From contig LWCA01000042.1 in assembly GCA_001642005.1 (NCBI GenBank), positions 1 through 64,000 of the forward strand: DNA of 64,000 bases, given 5' to 3'. Below, one piece after another: positions 36,350-51,124 of the stretch. The position numbers and the translations under genes are program-made. Numbering within the stretch: position 1 is the stretch's first letter; each line of letters begins with the position of its first letter. This DNA comes from Intoshia linei (taxonomy: Eukaryota; Animalia; Orthonectida). Under the pieces are notes generated by a model. The model made no database searches. It was not told the origin of the DNA and saw only the letters and a list, made by a program, of their open reading frames with translations.

Positions 36350-39280
36350 ATTTTGCAATATTTACCTGAATAATACACATCGATTCAAATTTTTTTACCA
36401 TTGTTCATTTTGTTCAACTGAAAAATACATTAACAATTAATCCAGTTTAATATGGTATTATTATCTTTTACATCATCGGGATCATTGGTATACCTATTAA
36501 AAATTGATAAATTATTAATGAAAATACTACATGTGCAAATTTATATTCTGTTATTCTATACTTTATTTGATGTCTTGTTATTCTGCTCACAATATAAAAA
36601 ACATAGTATTACAACATACATTAGTAGTATAAGAAAAATACATTTTTTCTATTATCAGTATTTTTAGTAAATTCCTAAAGTGCTGATTCCGTTAATTATT
36701 GATACACAATTGATAATTTTTACTCATCTAAATAAGATACTAAATACGTATCACCACATTTAAAAGGACAAAATTTGTATTTACAATTTTATTTTTTCTA
36801 AAATTTAAGCTATTTATGACAATTTTTAGGATTGTACTGTTTTTACTTTATTTTTAAGATTATACTCACATTCTGTCTAATCTGAAAAAGTTAATTAAGA
36901 ATGTTAGAATATCGAACTATATGTATAAACAGTGTTTATTATTATTTAAATTTATTAAACACATTTTGATAAAATTCAAAAAAAATATTAAACACAAAAA
37001 AAAAAAAGAAAAAAAAGATGTTTTTCTAAGGAATAAAGCTCGATGCGCAAAGTCGTTTCTGCCAAGTTAAATAAGAATATTATTATTAAAAAAAGTAAGT
37101 GTCAACCTAAACAAGCAAAAATTTTGTGAAATAGAACCTTTAATATGTCATAAATTTTGATAATGCCCAAAATTAGATTAAAAATATTTTGATTAATTTT
37201 AGTTATCATTAATAGAGACCTTAATAAATGTTTAGGAGATGGAGATAATCTTTCAAAAATTAAATTTTTATATACTGGGTTGATGGTTAAAAATCCCTGA
37301 TTTATATGATTAAAATTAAAATAGTCAAACTAGTATTTTATATTATGAAAAAAAAGAAATTTCGATTACAAATAAAAGAAATAATTTTTAAATAACTATT
37401 ATTGAACTGACTCGCCGCAAGATTTTTTCTCTTCAAAAAGTGGTCCAAATGACCTAAAAGCTTTACCGGTTGCAAGTACAGATAGTGTCCGTCAAATAAT
37501 TTTATACAAAGCAAAGGGAATATAAATCCATTTTGAAAATGAATGAGAGCCTCTTAAGGCACTTCGTGGATCTAGGCTAAGCAAAGCGTCGGAGGCCCTT
37601 TAAAGTTTTGAGCGAAGCGATAAAAAAAATTAGGTTCCCTTTTTAGAAGATAGGTCATACTGTTGGTTGGAGACTTAGAGTCTTATTTCATTGAGTATTA
37701 ATAAAATCATTAAAAGATATGTAGGTTTATAGTAACTTTTATTACTACTTTACAAGCTATCTATTTTCTTTTTTGAATATTTACTTTATAGAAAGGTTTT
37801 AATGTTTAATATTACCATTTGAAACAGTTTTTATGTCAATATTATATGATGAACATTGTAGAATATATTTTAAATTGAATATTTACCAGAACTTTGATTC
37901 TTTAAACTATTTTCTTTCTAGCTATTTGAATTCCCCACACTTCAAAACTTATAAACTGTTTCTTAAGATATAAATGTAAAGTATATTTTAATAATTGGGG
38001 TCTCTTTTTAAGATATAAATGTAAAATACTTTTATTAATTTGGGGGCATTTTTTAATGAGTAGCCCTGGGCTACAGCCCATATTGCCCATGCCTTAAAAC
38101 GTCTCTAAATAAATGTAATGATAATAAACACTGTAGTGTAAACATAAATTGTATGCAAAATATGTTAATGTCAACTTTGGATGTCTGTTTGTTTAGTAAT
38201 GAATATTTCGTATCTTTTTGTTTAATTTCTTATTTTTATCAGGTTTTATTTTATTTTGAAATTGATAATTTAGTTGTTAATAATAGTATTTCTTTTAATC
38301 ACATAGAAATGAAACTTTGAACATTTTAGACATACGTGCAGTATAAGGTAAATTTAAACTATCAATTCATTATTTTAAAGGTTAAAGGTGTATTCAATTC
38401 ACTTGGTTCCATCATTGACAAAGGCGTATATGGGGATAGGTCTATATGAAGATTCTATCATCACAGCCTGTCATTATAGATTAATAAGTGATGTTGGAAT
38501 ATGATGTTGGAAAAATTTTTCATATGGCGGAGAAAAAATTTAAAAAACGGATGGAAAAACAATATTTTTTCTGCGCCATATCTACACGTACATGTACATA
38601 TAAATGAATAAAATCTTCACCTAACCTGGTTCTACTGTTGCCTCTCTACGATCTAGACCATAGTACAATGTATCAGTATAGTACAGTATTAAATATCAAT
38701 ATATCACCAAGTAAAAGAGTGAATATAGTATATCGATTAATATGTGAAATTGGAATATGAAGGAAATTTTCGTTACGAATGTGTTCAAAGTTCTAAAAAA
38801 ACTTTTAACCATAACTATAAGAATATAAATAAGAAAAATTTGCATCTACAATTTGAATTTCAATAATTTATTCAAATACTTCCCAAACTTGTTTCGGATA
38901 GAACCGTTTATTTACATTACTTTTTACTTTAAAGTCAATTATTCCATCTTAATTTTTTGTTTGTTAACATTTGCGTAAAGAATTTTAAAAAATTTTTTAT
39001 CCCATTTTTTTAATTTATTTTAATTTAATTTATTAGACAGAATGTGTGTATAATATTAAAAATAAAGTAAAAACAGTCCAATCCTAAAAATTGTCATAAA
39101 TAGCATAAATTCCAGCAAAATAAAATTATAAAAACCTATTTTGTCATTTTCAATGTGATGATATATATTCAGACCAATTTAATACTTAATACTTAAAAAT
39201 ACCAATTATTTATCTATAATTAACGGAATCAGCACTTTATAAACATATTTCAGGTGAATTTTCCAATATTGCAAAGCATT
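36350..39280. repeat. Long inverted-repeat pair (36677-36880 vs 39030-39240, extended by 36351-36372 vs 39248-39275); possible long-TIR element
   Basis: AAAGTGCTGATTCCGTTAATTA...CACATTCTGTCTAAT is reverse-complemented as ATTAGACAGAATGTG...TAATTAACGGAATCAGCACTTT. Confidence 0.75.
37545..38106 (-). mobile_element. hAT MITE, copy of 60958-61406 in the opposite orientation
   Basis: Decayed CAGAGCCGTCTTAAGGC-type TIRs; TSD AAATGAAT/AAATAAAT; internal sequence is the reverse complement of 60958-61406. Confidence 0.8.
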
Positions 39281-40376
39281 GTAATAAATATAAAAATGAT
39301 AATAACAAAGTTGTATTACTTTTAATAATTTGTTATTGTAGTTTTAATTTAAATTTTAAACAAAATGATTTGAAAATGAGAATTTAAGAATTAAAAATTG
39401 CGTAGCAATGAAAAAAGTTCATATTGTAAAAATTTGAAAAACGTTGATTGAAACAGTATAGCATCGTTTCTTGCCAAGCACACTGTGGGTGATTTACCTA
39501 ATACACTATGTTTTAATTATAATAATAAGATAAAATAACATAAAAATTTACTATTTATTATTTATTTATATTTAAAACCTGTAATATACAAATACAATAA
39601 AAGCACATAAAAATAAAACTAGTAACGATAAATTATCGATTAACCTTCTAATAACCTTAAAACGGATTTAAATCTACACTAATTATAGGCAATTATTAAT
39701 ATTTTGTAAGTTACATGACAAATATATATATAATTATATATCTAAATATTTATAGAATCTAGTAATTCCTAACGTGGGCGGTAGCGCCCACTTTAGGCAC
39801 TATAGCTATTTGGGACGATAGAAAAAATTTTAATTTTGTAAATGTTAATAAAAAATGTTTCAATAAATAAAACCATAATCAATAACAAATTATACAATTA
39901 AGTGAAAAAATGTAATTATCATAATACATAAATAAATGTATCATTAATACCCTTCAAAATTTTTTTAAATTATCCATAAATAATAATTTATAGCATTAAA
40001 AACTATACATCGTATTTATAAGACGAGGGGCATTATTTTGGTAATGTATAATGCTAAAAGCAATACATGTGACATGTTCCATATTTATAATTTTATATTT
40101 TTTAAGTCTACAATAAATAATATCCAATTGTCATATAACCAACTCGATAAAATAAATGTTATCATTTATTAAAATATTTTGTCCTAGATATAATGGACAA
40201 TTCATGGTTGAGAGATTAATTTAAATAATTGTCCATAATTCAAATCTCTCAACCTTACAATATATTAATATTATATAATAAATTAATTTTATTTTAAATT
40301 GCCATGCAATTAAAAGTTTCATATAAAATTAATAAAATATATTGTAAATTTAGAATATTAATTTTATAAAATAAAA

Positions 40377-43300
40377 ATGAGCAACGAGACAAAAGAATTA
40401 AAAAGAATTATGGGTTTATTGGATGGAATAGCCATAATAATGGGCGTAATTATAGGATCAGGTATTTTCATTTCACCAAAGGGAATTGTTATGAATGTTC
40501 AATCGGTAATTTTAATGTAATAGATTTTGTACATTTATATCTAATATTGACTGTGCGTGAATTATTAATATATATATATTTAGGTGGCATTATCATTAAT
40601 GGTTTGGGCAATGTGTGGAATAAGTACAGTAAATTTAAATTTTACATTGTAAATAATAATAATTTATTTATAAAAATTAAATATTACATTAGATGTTTGG
40701 AGCTCTAAGTTATGCAGAATTGGGCACACAAATAAATAAAAGTGGAGCAGAATACGCCTACATTTTACACATTTTTGGAAATTGTCTATCATTTTTAGTA
40801 TTATGGACTTCTATGCTTATAATTATGCCATCTACCCAAGCAATTATAGCATTAACATTTTCTAAATACATTGTTGAAACAATTTATCATGATTGTACTC
40901 CTCCAAGTCATCTTGTGACAATTTTTTCGATACTTGTTGTTTGTAATCTTAAAATTTAATTTTACTATTTATTCAAGTTTATTTCAGTGTTTTTCAAAAT
41001 GATTGAATTCTGGTACCCAAAAAAAAGGATAAAAAAAAAAAAAATATTTGTTAATAATAATAAATTTATGGGGGGGGATGATTATGATTATAATTGATTA
41101 TAAAATTAAGTTTTCAAATATTTTTCAAGAATATTAATCCATCTTCAACATATTGAAAAATATTGGTGAAAATTATTATTTTAGTCAATTTATTAGTTGA
41201 GTTTATTTTCTATTTTGTATAAATTAGTGTCTTATTGTTTACTATTTCTTATTACTTATTAAATAAAACTAAAAAATTAACATTGATAAAATCCTTAAAC
41301 CCAAATAAAAGTATTTTTAGGTTTCATTGGAGCAATAAACAGTTACAGTGTAAAAATTTCAACAAGTTTACAAAAAATTTTTCTTTTTGCAAAAATATTT
41401 GCACTTATTGCAATTATTTGTCTAGGAATTTATAGTTTAAGTTTGGGTAATGTTAACAATATTCAAAGAGGCTTCGAAAATAGTAGATATGATTTTGGAT
41501 CAATTTCGTTGGCTTTATATTCTGGACTTTTTTCGTTTGGTGGATGGTACGTTTTATTTGTAAATATAAATATTTTTTTAATATACATGTAATCACTATT
41601 TAACCGTTATTCGTTTATGTTTAATAATTTAGGACATATCTGAATTATGTTACAGAAGAATTAAAGGAACCTAAAAAGTAATTTTAAAACATTATTAGAT
41701 TTGTTGTGGTCATTTGTATGGTTCACATGTACAGCACTTCATCCTATATTTGAGAAATCCTGAGTGTATGATTCACTGTATATTTTATTTAACAATTTAA
41801 CAAAATCACAATAAAATGACTCATAAATGATCTCAAAATTATTCATATTTCAATTATTTTTCTAAGCGACTAATAAAAGTCGTCATTTAAATTAGGTTTG
41901 ATAAAATACAATTTTTACATTCAAAATCCTTCCATTCACTAAAACTCATGCAAAGGCCACGTATATAATTATAATAAAATTAGTATATTAATAGTAATAA
42001 ATGTAGAATATTAAATGTAATTATAATTAATATATTTAGAAATTTACCTCGTGCCATAATAATATCAATGTTGGCCGTCACAATTTTATACGTTTTAGTT
42101 AATATTTCATATTTTATTGTATTATCTCCACTTGAAATTATAAATTCTAATGCTGTTGGAGTGGTAATTATATTATTCAAAAATTAATGAAATTAAGTTT
42201 TATATTAACTCAATCTTTAATTTAAAGGTACAACTGTATAACTCTATTTCTAATAATTTCATGCTATAAAATATACACTTTACATGGAAATAACAGGTGT
42301 ATAACAATAATACGAGGTGAAATAACAGTTTTACACATGTTTTATGTTTTTCTGAGGTATAGTGATATATGATGAAGACAAAAAAATCAAATATAGAAAT
42401 TTGGCAGTCTGCATTTTAATAATTATTAAATTCAGTAGAATTGAAAAAACCCAATTTCGAATACAGTTTCGAATTACAATTTTCCTAATACGTGTTTTTA
42501 TCTATTTTTCCGTTTCAGGATTTGAGTTCTTCAGGGTAAAAAACGCAATTTTCCCTTTTGTTTAGAAAAATACATTCTATGACGCGTTTTAAAATCATTA
42601 ACATTGTCGTAAATATCAGCCTCAGAAACACATAATGTCATGGTGAAAACCGCAAATTACCCTTTGTTTAAAAAATTAAATATGAATTAAAATTTCATCA
42701 AACATAAACTTTGGTATAGTTTTTAAAATCATAAGCATTATAATAAATGGCAACCTCAAAAAAGTCAATTTTCACGATCAAAACCACAGATTACCTTTTT
42801 TTTAAAAATAAAAACCGTCATAGAATTTAAAAAAAAATACAGCTGATACAGTTATATCCAGTGAATACACACAAAAATTTTAAACTGAAAACGTGACGCC
42901 ATAACAGTCACAAAAAGTACTTTAATATTCATTTTTTTTGATTTCGAAATTATTTTATCAACAGGCAGTGGATGTGTATTAACAAAAAATTTTAAATAAT
43001 TAATGGTCCTGTTTTTACTAAAATATTAAAAGCAAGATAGGTTAAAATTAGATTTACTAAATTTACTAAATTATATATACAGTCAGACCTCAATTTAACG
43101 AACAGCAACTTAAATGAAAATTTCTTGTTCGTGAAAAAAAAGTTTACCAACAAACAAATTTATTTTTAATTAATTTATTTTTTTATAAAAATCACATATT
43201 GTTTTGTATCTTTTTTTTAATATAGTTTCTTTCACCGCTTGTAATGCAATTAAGCCATTCAAGTTATCAGAAATAAATAATTTTCCTAGTTTATCAATAC

Positions 43301-46300
43301 ATTCTAAAGCCTCCATTCTAGATATAATGTCATCTTCTATGTCGATTTCACTACAGGTAGAATAATCAATGTTGTCTTTATGATTAGTGTCTTCTTCTAT
43401 GGGCGGTATCAAAGAATCGATGAATTCATCGTCACTATAATCGGTTTCATCATACGCAGGGAATTCATCTGTGACTTTTCCATCATTTTCCACAAGATTT
43501 ATCACTATTTGATAAAACATGTTCTATAATTAGAATTTTTGAAAAACAGGCCTGTCGCGTCGCAATTATAAATGTCCATAGGACTATATTTCTCTTTACT
43601 TCTAAAAAAATCTGAAAAAACTTCAAATTCATTTGTATTAACAAGACCTGCCTCACCAGTAATAACACGAGAAAGAATATTATAACGTTTTTGAAAACAG
43701 AAAAAACCATTTGAAGCTCTGAAATTGGGTTTTTTTAGCCGTTTCCCGATTTTAATAGCCATTGTTTGAATCATATTTCCTGAAATAATAAAATTTTTCG
43801 ATCTCTTTCGAAAAAACCGCTCATATACTAGTTTGTCGATTTCAGCGGTTGCAAAATTAACAAACATGCGTTTGTCTTCAATCCCATCTATTTTAATCTG
43901 TTTTAAAGAGTATCTTTTCTTCTAACGTATGCATTTTTCTATTTTCTTTTGGATTGTTACTCTTTAGCATTGTATTAGATTTTTTATTTATTATTAAAAA
44001 AAGATGTAATCGTAAAATATTATTTACCTACAGTAATAGTTATCTCGAAAAATTCAGTTTAAGTCTTAATTTAATTTCAATATAAATCTTAATCTATTAT
44101 TTTGGATTAATTCGCCGGACACCAGTCGATACTAGGATACAATAATATTATGGCATCATTGCAGGTATACATGATGTTTAAAATTGTTCTAAAATAAAAT
44201 AATTTTTTTTTAATTTTTGAAAAAGCTTATTCGCTAAAAAATAATTGCTGTTTACTAATAATAAAAATATATGAATACTAAAATGCTTTTTTAACCGTGA
44301 AGTCGTCACTTATTCGGATTGAAATTTTTTGTGTGTGTTAACAGGATACAACTGTACCACGTGTAAAATTTTTTAAAATCTAGGGCCGTTTTCATTAAAA
44401 AAAGAAGGGTAATTTGGGGTTTTGGCCCTGAAGATATAATTGTTTTAATTTTAAATTTATGACAATGTTTATGATTTTAAAATCCGTATCAGAGTACATA
44501 TTTTTTTAAATTCTCGAACTCATTTGATTTTCAAAAAAAGGACAATTGGGGTTTTTGACCCATAAGATATGAGTTTGGGAGGTTGAAATTTATCTTATTA
44601 TATGTCCCAGAAAAAACTGTAATTGAAAAATGTGGACTTTATAAAATTCTAAGACTGGTAGTTATTTCAATAAAGTGGAACCACACAAACACACAAACAA
44701 ATATTGCGTAGCATATTATATACGTAAGGATAATTTTTTTAGACGTTTATCAATAAATTCAATCCAAAGCTAGCTTGGATAATGACATTATGCGTAGCTT
44801 TGTCCACATTTGGATCCTTAAATGGATGTATATTAGCCTCATCAAGATTATACTTCGTGGCAGCAAGGAATGGTCATATGCCTTCCTTTTTAGCTACAAT
44901 TAATGTTTCTAATCGAACTCCAATCTGTTCTTTGATATTTGTAGTAATATTAATATTATAATTTCTAATTTCTAATTTTTTATAATTGTAATTTATAAAA
45001 ATGAGGATCATTATTTTTAACCTATCACTGTCTAATGCAATTCTACGTAAAATAGTATATACTATCACCACGTCTGGAATTGTTTTTAATTTAAACTTTT
45101 ATTATTTTTAAATTACTTATGTGAAAATGTATGAAAATAAAAGAATAAAGTTTTTCAAAATTATCAGTATATCATAGAATACACAGACGTGTGAAGTGAA
45201 ATTGCTGTGTATACACTCCGTTTACTAATTTTAAAGACAACATGATATTGTGACATAGTTTCCTTATTTGTCAATATATTTTTTGTAAATTGACATGTCA
45301 TATTAGCATGTCAATATGTTGTCATCGTAAAAAAATATTTTTGAAAAAACTAAAATTAAAAAATATACACAAAATATCATTTTGACAGACGAAAAAATAT
45401 TTAATTTGGATGGATTGATTACAGTTGATTACAATTATTATTGGCATGATTTGCGTGAAAAAATTCCTGAAAGAGTGAAGTGAAGGTTCAGTGGAGGAGG
45501 TATTATGATTTGGGGTGCTTTCTCCAGTGGAGGTATTAAGTGTATTGTCAAAGTTGACCGTAATATAAATTCAATCAAATACCAAAGTATTTTAGAGAAA
45601 AACCTCATCCCTATTCTTCCTACTAGCGACGAATTGAAGAAAAATTTAGTGTTTCAACAAGATAATGCCAGTTGTCACACGTCTCGCTTAACATAACGTT
45701 TTTAAATAATCATTTTACTGATATTATGGAGTGGCCTGATCTCCTCTCTCCAGATATCAAACCCATTTAAAATGTATGGGGTATCATGGTTAAACAACTC
45801 TATGCGGGAAATAAACAATATAGTCATCTAGGTGAACTACGAATAGCGCTAATTAGAATATGGCGGACCATCGCTGATACAACGTTTATTAAACTGGCAA
45901 ACTCAATTTAAATCGTGAAATCGAAATATTGAAGGTAGGAGGGTAGCGAATTGACTATAGTTATTGTTATTGAAAACAATCATTATGTAATTTATGTAGT
46001 AATAATAATAATAAAACTTAGTGTTGTTATAATTGTGGACACGTTATTTATTGTGATTTTAACTATTTTATTAATAACTTTTTTTATTTTGGTTTTTTCA
46101 AAAATAATTTTTGACGGTTGTAATGTTGTGACGTGCTTATACTGCATGTCAATTTTCGAAAATATTTATTTATTAATAAGGAAGTTACGTCATAATATCA
46201 TGTTGTCTTTAAAATTTGTGGACGGAGTGTAGTATAGAATACACAGACAGTGAAACGGGGTTAAAAGGAAAAATTATTTTTAAATTTTTTCTATGCAAAA

Positions 46301-47117
46301 CACTATTTGAAATCCTCCAACTTCTCTATTCCAAAATTTTATATTAATTATAAAAATAAAAATTTTAACCACCCCAATCTCTTGGCCCATATAAGATTAC
46401 GGTCAGTCAGAGATTAGAACCACTGCATTATTCCATTTCTAATATAAAAGTATAATATGCAATATTTAGGTGATAACCACATTAATTATGATATTTATTG
46501 GAGATGTTTATACACTGATAAACTATGCATTATTCCCAATGTCTCTTTTCTACGGTACAGCTGTTTTAGGCTTATTCAAATTGCGTAAAAAAATTAAATT
46601 AAAGGTTACTTGATAAAAATAAACATAATTAATATATAAATAATCTTAGGTGCATATATCGATCCCAACCATATTCGTAATTGTATCCTTATTCTTGATA
46701 ATCGTACCATTGATCACAGTGCCTTATGTAACATTTGTTGCCTTGTGTATTATTATCTCTGGACTGCCAATTTATTTTATATCCACAAAAATAAAAAAAG
46801 AATCAACACTGAACAATTATATCGGTATTATATGTTTATCATTGTATATTATCAATGGTTCTCAACTTTTTACGAATTATGCCACGTGGTCCAACAAAAA
46901 AATTTTTTTTGTTTTTATTAAGTAATTTTGTATATAAGACACATGGCATGAATCTGCAATGCAAGAAATGTAAAATTAAAAAAATTTAACAGGTAATTCA
47001 GATAAAATCTGAAAAAACGTTTCATATAATTATTTTATTTTATAATTTAAAAATTTAGATAAAGTCACTATAATTTTCCAAAAATTACTCTACTCTGTAG
47101 AATCAAAAAATAAATAA
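40377..47117 (+). CDS. SLC7 L-type amino acid transporter light chain (LAT/y+LAT/b0,+AT family), ~10 exons
   Basis: GVIIGSGIFISPKGI, FGALSYAELGT, SGAEYAYI, ALYSGLFSFGGW, LNYVTEELKEP, NLPRAI, SSRLYFVAARNGHMP, IISGLPIYF. Confidence 0.92.
42380..43030 (+). mobile_element. Helitron-like family copy (internal modules)
   Basis: Repeated AAAACC(A/G)CAAATTACCCTTT modules shared with other copies. Confidence 0.65.
43080..43980 (-). mobile_element. pogo/Tigger transposon remnant, internally deleted
   Basis: TA|CAGTCAGACCTCAATTTAACGAAC terminus; IISGNMIQTMA, FRASNG, VITGEAG, IYNCDATGLFF (first catalytic Asp) joined directly to the acidic C-terminal tail. Confidence 0.85.
44260..44730 (-). mobile_element. 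Helitron-like family copy (5' part)
   Basis: Ends in reverse-complement TCCTTACGTATATAATGCTACGC + microsatellite, 12 nt before an SLC7 exon. Confidence 0.75.
45214..46229 (+). mobile_element. Tc1/Tc3-like transposon, internally deleted, decayed catalytic domain
   Basis: TA TSDs; TIRs CACTCCGTTTACTAATTTTAAAGACAACATGATATT / AATATCATGTTGTCTTTAAAATTTGTGGACGGAGTG; TDEKIFNLDG, YWHDLR, MIWGAFS, FQQDNASCH, SPDIKPI.NVW. Confidence 0.9.
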
Positions 47118-47544
47118 ATAAAAAAATATTAAATACAAATGTATTTATATAAATTGTTTAAATAATAATTATATACATGTATAATGAAATTAATAAATTT
47201 TATACTAACATACATGTATACCACGTATTAATAAATGAATTATACATAATTGATTAATCGCTTTGTCCATTCATTTTGTGTATTACATTCAATTAATCAT
47301 TAGTAATGATTCATTACAAAAAGTGAAAAACTCAACTTGAAAATATTGAGTAAAATTAAATAATTAATTATCAATTCGTAAAAACTAAAGGATAGTCAAA
47401 ATAAATTATGTAAATCTAATATTTATTGATTATAAATTTTATTTGCAAACATGACAATAGATTTTAGCTAAATTTAAAAATGAAAATGTTTACTTGTTTA
47501 AAATTTATACGCCAGTAATTTGATTAAAAATTGAACCAGAAATA

Positions 47545-50500
47545 ATGGGTTCAAGTTCTTCTAAAAGTGAAGATTTCAAATCTAATGGTACAGATAATGA
47601 TAAAAAAAGTTGCAATCAAAGCGTTAAATCCGATTCAGTCAGTTCTGTAAAAATATTTGAAGATTGCAAGATAAAAAATAAATTAAATCAGTCATCATCC
47701 GATCATGAAAAAACTCCTATAAAATTAATTTCAAATAAAAAACATGGTATATATTATAAAATTATAAATTAATTTTTAATAATTTTTTAGAATGTCCCAT
47801 ATGTTTTAAAAAAGTAAATTATAAAAAAATTAATATACATGTTGAAATGTGTCTGAAATTGAATGCTAGTAAATATAACGGTATTTTTTTAATTTTTAAT
47901 TTTTTAATTACACATATTTAATATTTAATATTAGTTGAAAATCTTAGTGAAAATGCTAATGAAGATTGTGTAGTTTGTTTTGAATCAATGAAAAAAGACG
48001 ATAAAGTTGCTAGATTGCCTTGCTGGTGTATTTATCATCAAAAGTAATAATAATAATAATTTTTATTTTTTTATTATGTATTGTTAATAGTTACGATGTG
48101 GGTTCTTAGTTTAGGTATCATGACATTATATCCATTTGGTTTTGAGATATAATTTTTTTAATAAATGTAATTAAAATAATTATCAAATAAAAAAAAGATC
48201 AATACTATAGTGATTTTTTGACTGGAACGCGTCAAAATGTGAAATTTTTTAAAATTCAAAGACTTCATTTTAAAAAAATGTAATATAAAAAGGGTAATTT
48301 GAGTTTTGATCGTGAAACGTCAAGTTTTTGAGGTTCCGATTTATGATAATGATCATGATTTTAAAAACTACCCAGAATTTATTTTATATAATATTTTGTG
48401 ACTTTTTTATTTAAAAAAAAAGTTAATTAGGGTGTTAACCATGAAGATATAAGTTTTTGTGTTTGAGATGTACGATAATGTTAATTTTAACCTATTTACA
48501 TACAAGTTCTAATATAATTTTTCACAGGAGATGTTTATATCTATTTTTTAGTTTCCGAATTTGAGTACTTTAGGAGCAAAAACCAAATTTGCCCTTTTGT
48601 TTAAAAGAATTAACCCAAAAATTTCATAAATTCTGGGATATGTTTTAAAATTATTAACATTATCGTTAATCTCAGCCTCAGAAACGCATACCTTCATGGT
48701 CAAAACTACAAATTACCCTTTGTTTTAAAAATGAAACGTCTTAAAATTTTATGAAAAATAAATTTTGGAATAGTTTTTAAAATCCTAAGCATTATCATAA
48801 ATTGAAACCTCAAAAAAGATAATTTTCACTATCAAAACCACAGATTACCTTTTTTTAAATGAAAACAGACCTAGAATTTAAAAAAAATATAATTGATAGT
48901 TATATCATTTTAACACACATAAAATATTTGAATCTGATAAAGTCACTCCTTCACGGTCAAAAAAGCAATTTAGTATTCATTTTTTTTATTTCGAAACTAT
49001 TTTATTAACAAAATTAATTATTGTTAACGTAAAACAAAAAATTTGAAATAATTAACGGGCCTACAATTAAAAGAAGAAGATTATTCTGATACAGCCTATT
49101 CCATTTGATATAAATACAAAATTTCAACCCCAGAAATCTACGCATGGTCAGTGAAAAATAATCCTAACTTATATAAAAGGCTAAGCGATTTTTGTATGTG
49201 TGTCTGTCTGTCTGTGCGTGTGACTTTATTGAAATAATTACCACTCTTAGAATTTTTTAAAGACCACATTTCAATTACAGTTTTTTCCAGGACGTATAAT
49301 AAGATAAATTTCAACCTCCCAATTTCACATCTTACGGGTCAAAAACCCATGTTGTCCCTCTTTTTGAAAATCAAACGAGTTAAAGAATTTAAAAAAATAT
49401 ATACGCTGATGCGAATTTTAAAATCGTAAACATTGTCATAAATTTAAATTTAAAAAAATGATGTCTTCAGGGCTAAAACCACAAATTACCCTTCATTTTT
49501 TAATGAAAAAAGCCCTAGAATTTCAACAAATTTACAGGTGATACAGTTTTATCATGTTAACACCCACAAAAAATTTCAATCCGAATAAGTGACGACTTCA
49601 CGGTCAAAAAAGCATTTTAGTATTCATATTTTTTTTTCCGAAATATTTTAATAAAACAAAAAATGTGAAATAATTAAAGGTCCGAAAATTAAAAAAAATA
49701 TTATTCTGATAGAGCTTATTCCAGTTGATATAAATACTGTTTTCATATTTTATTTAAATCTCACGGATCCCAGAAATATATTTTTGGATCTCATTAGGGT
49801 TTAGGGACCCCAATCGGGAACCATTGCTCTAAGATATATCGTTCCAACAATACATGCCTCAAATGAATGTCGCTGTAGATAATAAACGTCCTGAGTTTAC
49901 ATAAAAAGATAATTCTTGAAAAATATTAAATATTGGAACGTAATGAAAAACTAAAAAAAAAACATTAACAAAATGTAAATAAAATTTTTGAATATTGACC
50001 AACTCAAATATTCCCTTTATCTCACGTTGGACGCCCTCGATTACATTTAGAACGAATTATTGTAGAAATGAATATACTAATTTTAACTTTACTAAAACTA
50101 TCAAACAGTTAATTATATTAATAAGTTATGTGTACATTATTATTGTATTTACATTGTTAATTATTATTATTATTGTAATTATTTTAGTTTTGTTTACACT
50201 TTTATCTTTTATTAGTAAATGTGTGATCATTGTTTTATTTTTTCTTCATTTTTAGCTTAAAATATCTAAAAAACAAGTCTAACATAAAACTAAAAAATAA
50301 TACGATATAAACAATTTTGTCTGAAATGATCCAACATATTTGCTTAATTGTAATAAATATTGTAAATTTAACAGCATATCCTCAGGTATAATAGTAATGT
50401 CGACTTATTCAAGACAATGAAATGTTTTTATAAATATATATTTTATTGAAAAATTAGGCAGTGACCTTTATAATTGTTTATTTCATACGATAGCCTTAAA

Positions 50501-50634
50501 ATTTTGATTTTTTATATAAAATTTAAATTAAATTTAGATGTATTGACGAATGGTACATTTACCGACGCGTATGCCCTTCTCATCCTGACACAGACATGAT
50601 TGAAAGAAACTACGCTGAAAACGATTCAAATTAA
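47545..50634 (+). CDS. ZNRF: ZNRF1/ZNRF2-like E3 ubiquitin ligase (4 exons)
   Basis: N-myristoylation-type MGSSSS; zinc finger CPICFKK...IHVEMCL; RING-H2 CVVCFESM...VARLPCWCIYHQKCIDEW...CPSHP. Confidence 0.88.
48200..49740. mobile_element. Cluster of three Helitron-like copies (minus 48200-48480; plus 48550-49160; plus 49162-49740)
   Basis: TCCTAACTTATATAA + (GTCT)n start at ~49162; family modules in both orientations. Confidence 0.72.
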
Positions 50635-51124
50635 TAATTTTACTTGTATCATTCTTTCAATTGTTCAATACATCATTGTACATATTCTTTTGTAAATATA
50701 ATACGTCTCTAATTATAATCTTAATTATAATTGATACAACTTTAATAATTCAAATGTGGCATTTCATTTGTCTATATATTGTCTTAAATTTACATTGTTC
50801 TCAATTAAAATTTATTTATAAATCTGTTGAATATATTTTGCGAACGTTCACAGACTTTTGTCATTTTGATCCAATTTTTAATTATTTCTAATTAATAAAT
50901 TAAATAAATAACAAGTGCGTTTTATTGAATTATAGACGAAAATTCATAATGACGAAAATGTAACAGTTATTTAAACGTTTATTTAAATTACAGATTTACA
51001 CTTATTGTTTGATCATTGCGGTTGTTTGGTAACAACTCATCTGTCTCCACCTATCACTTGTAATTTTGAAAATTCAATTCAATACCTGTTAAAAAATACA
51101 GTTACTCTTCACATTTATTTTGTA

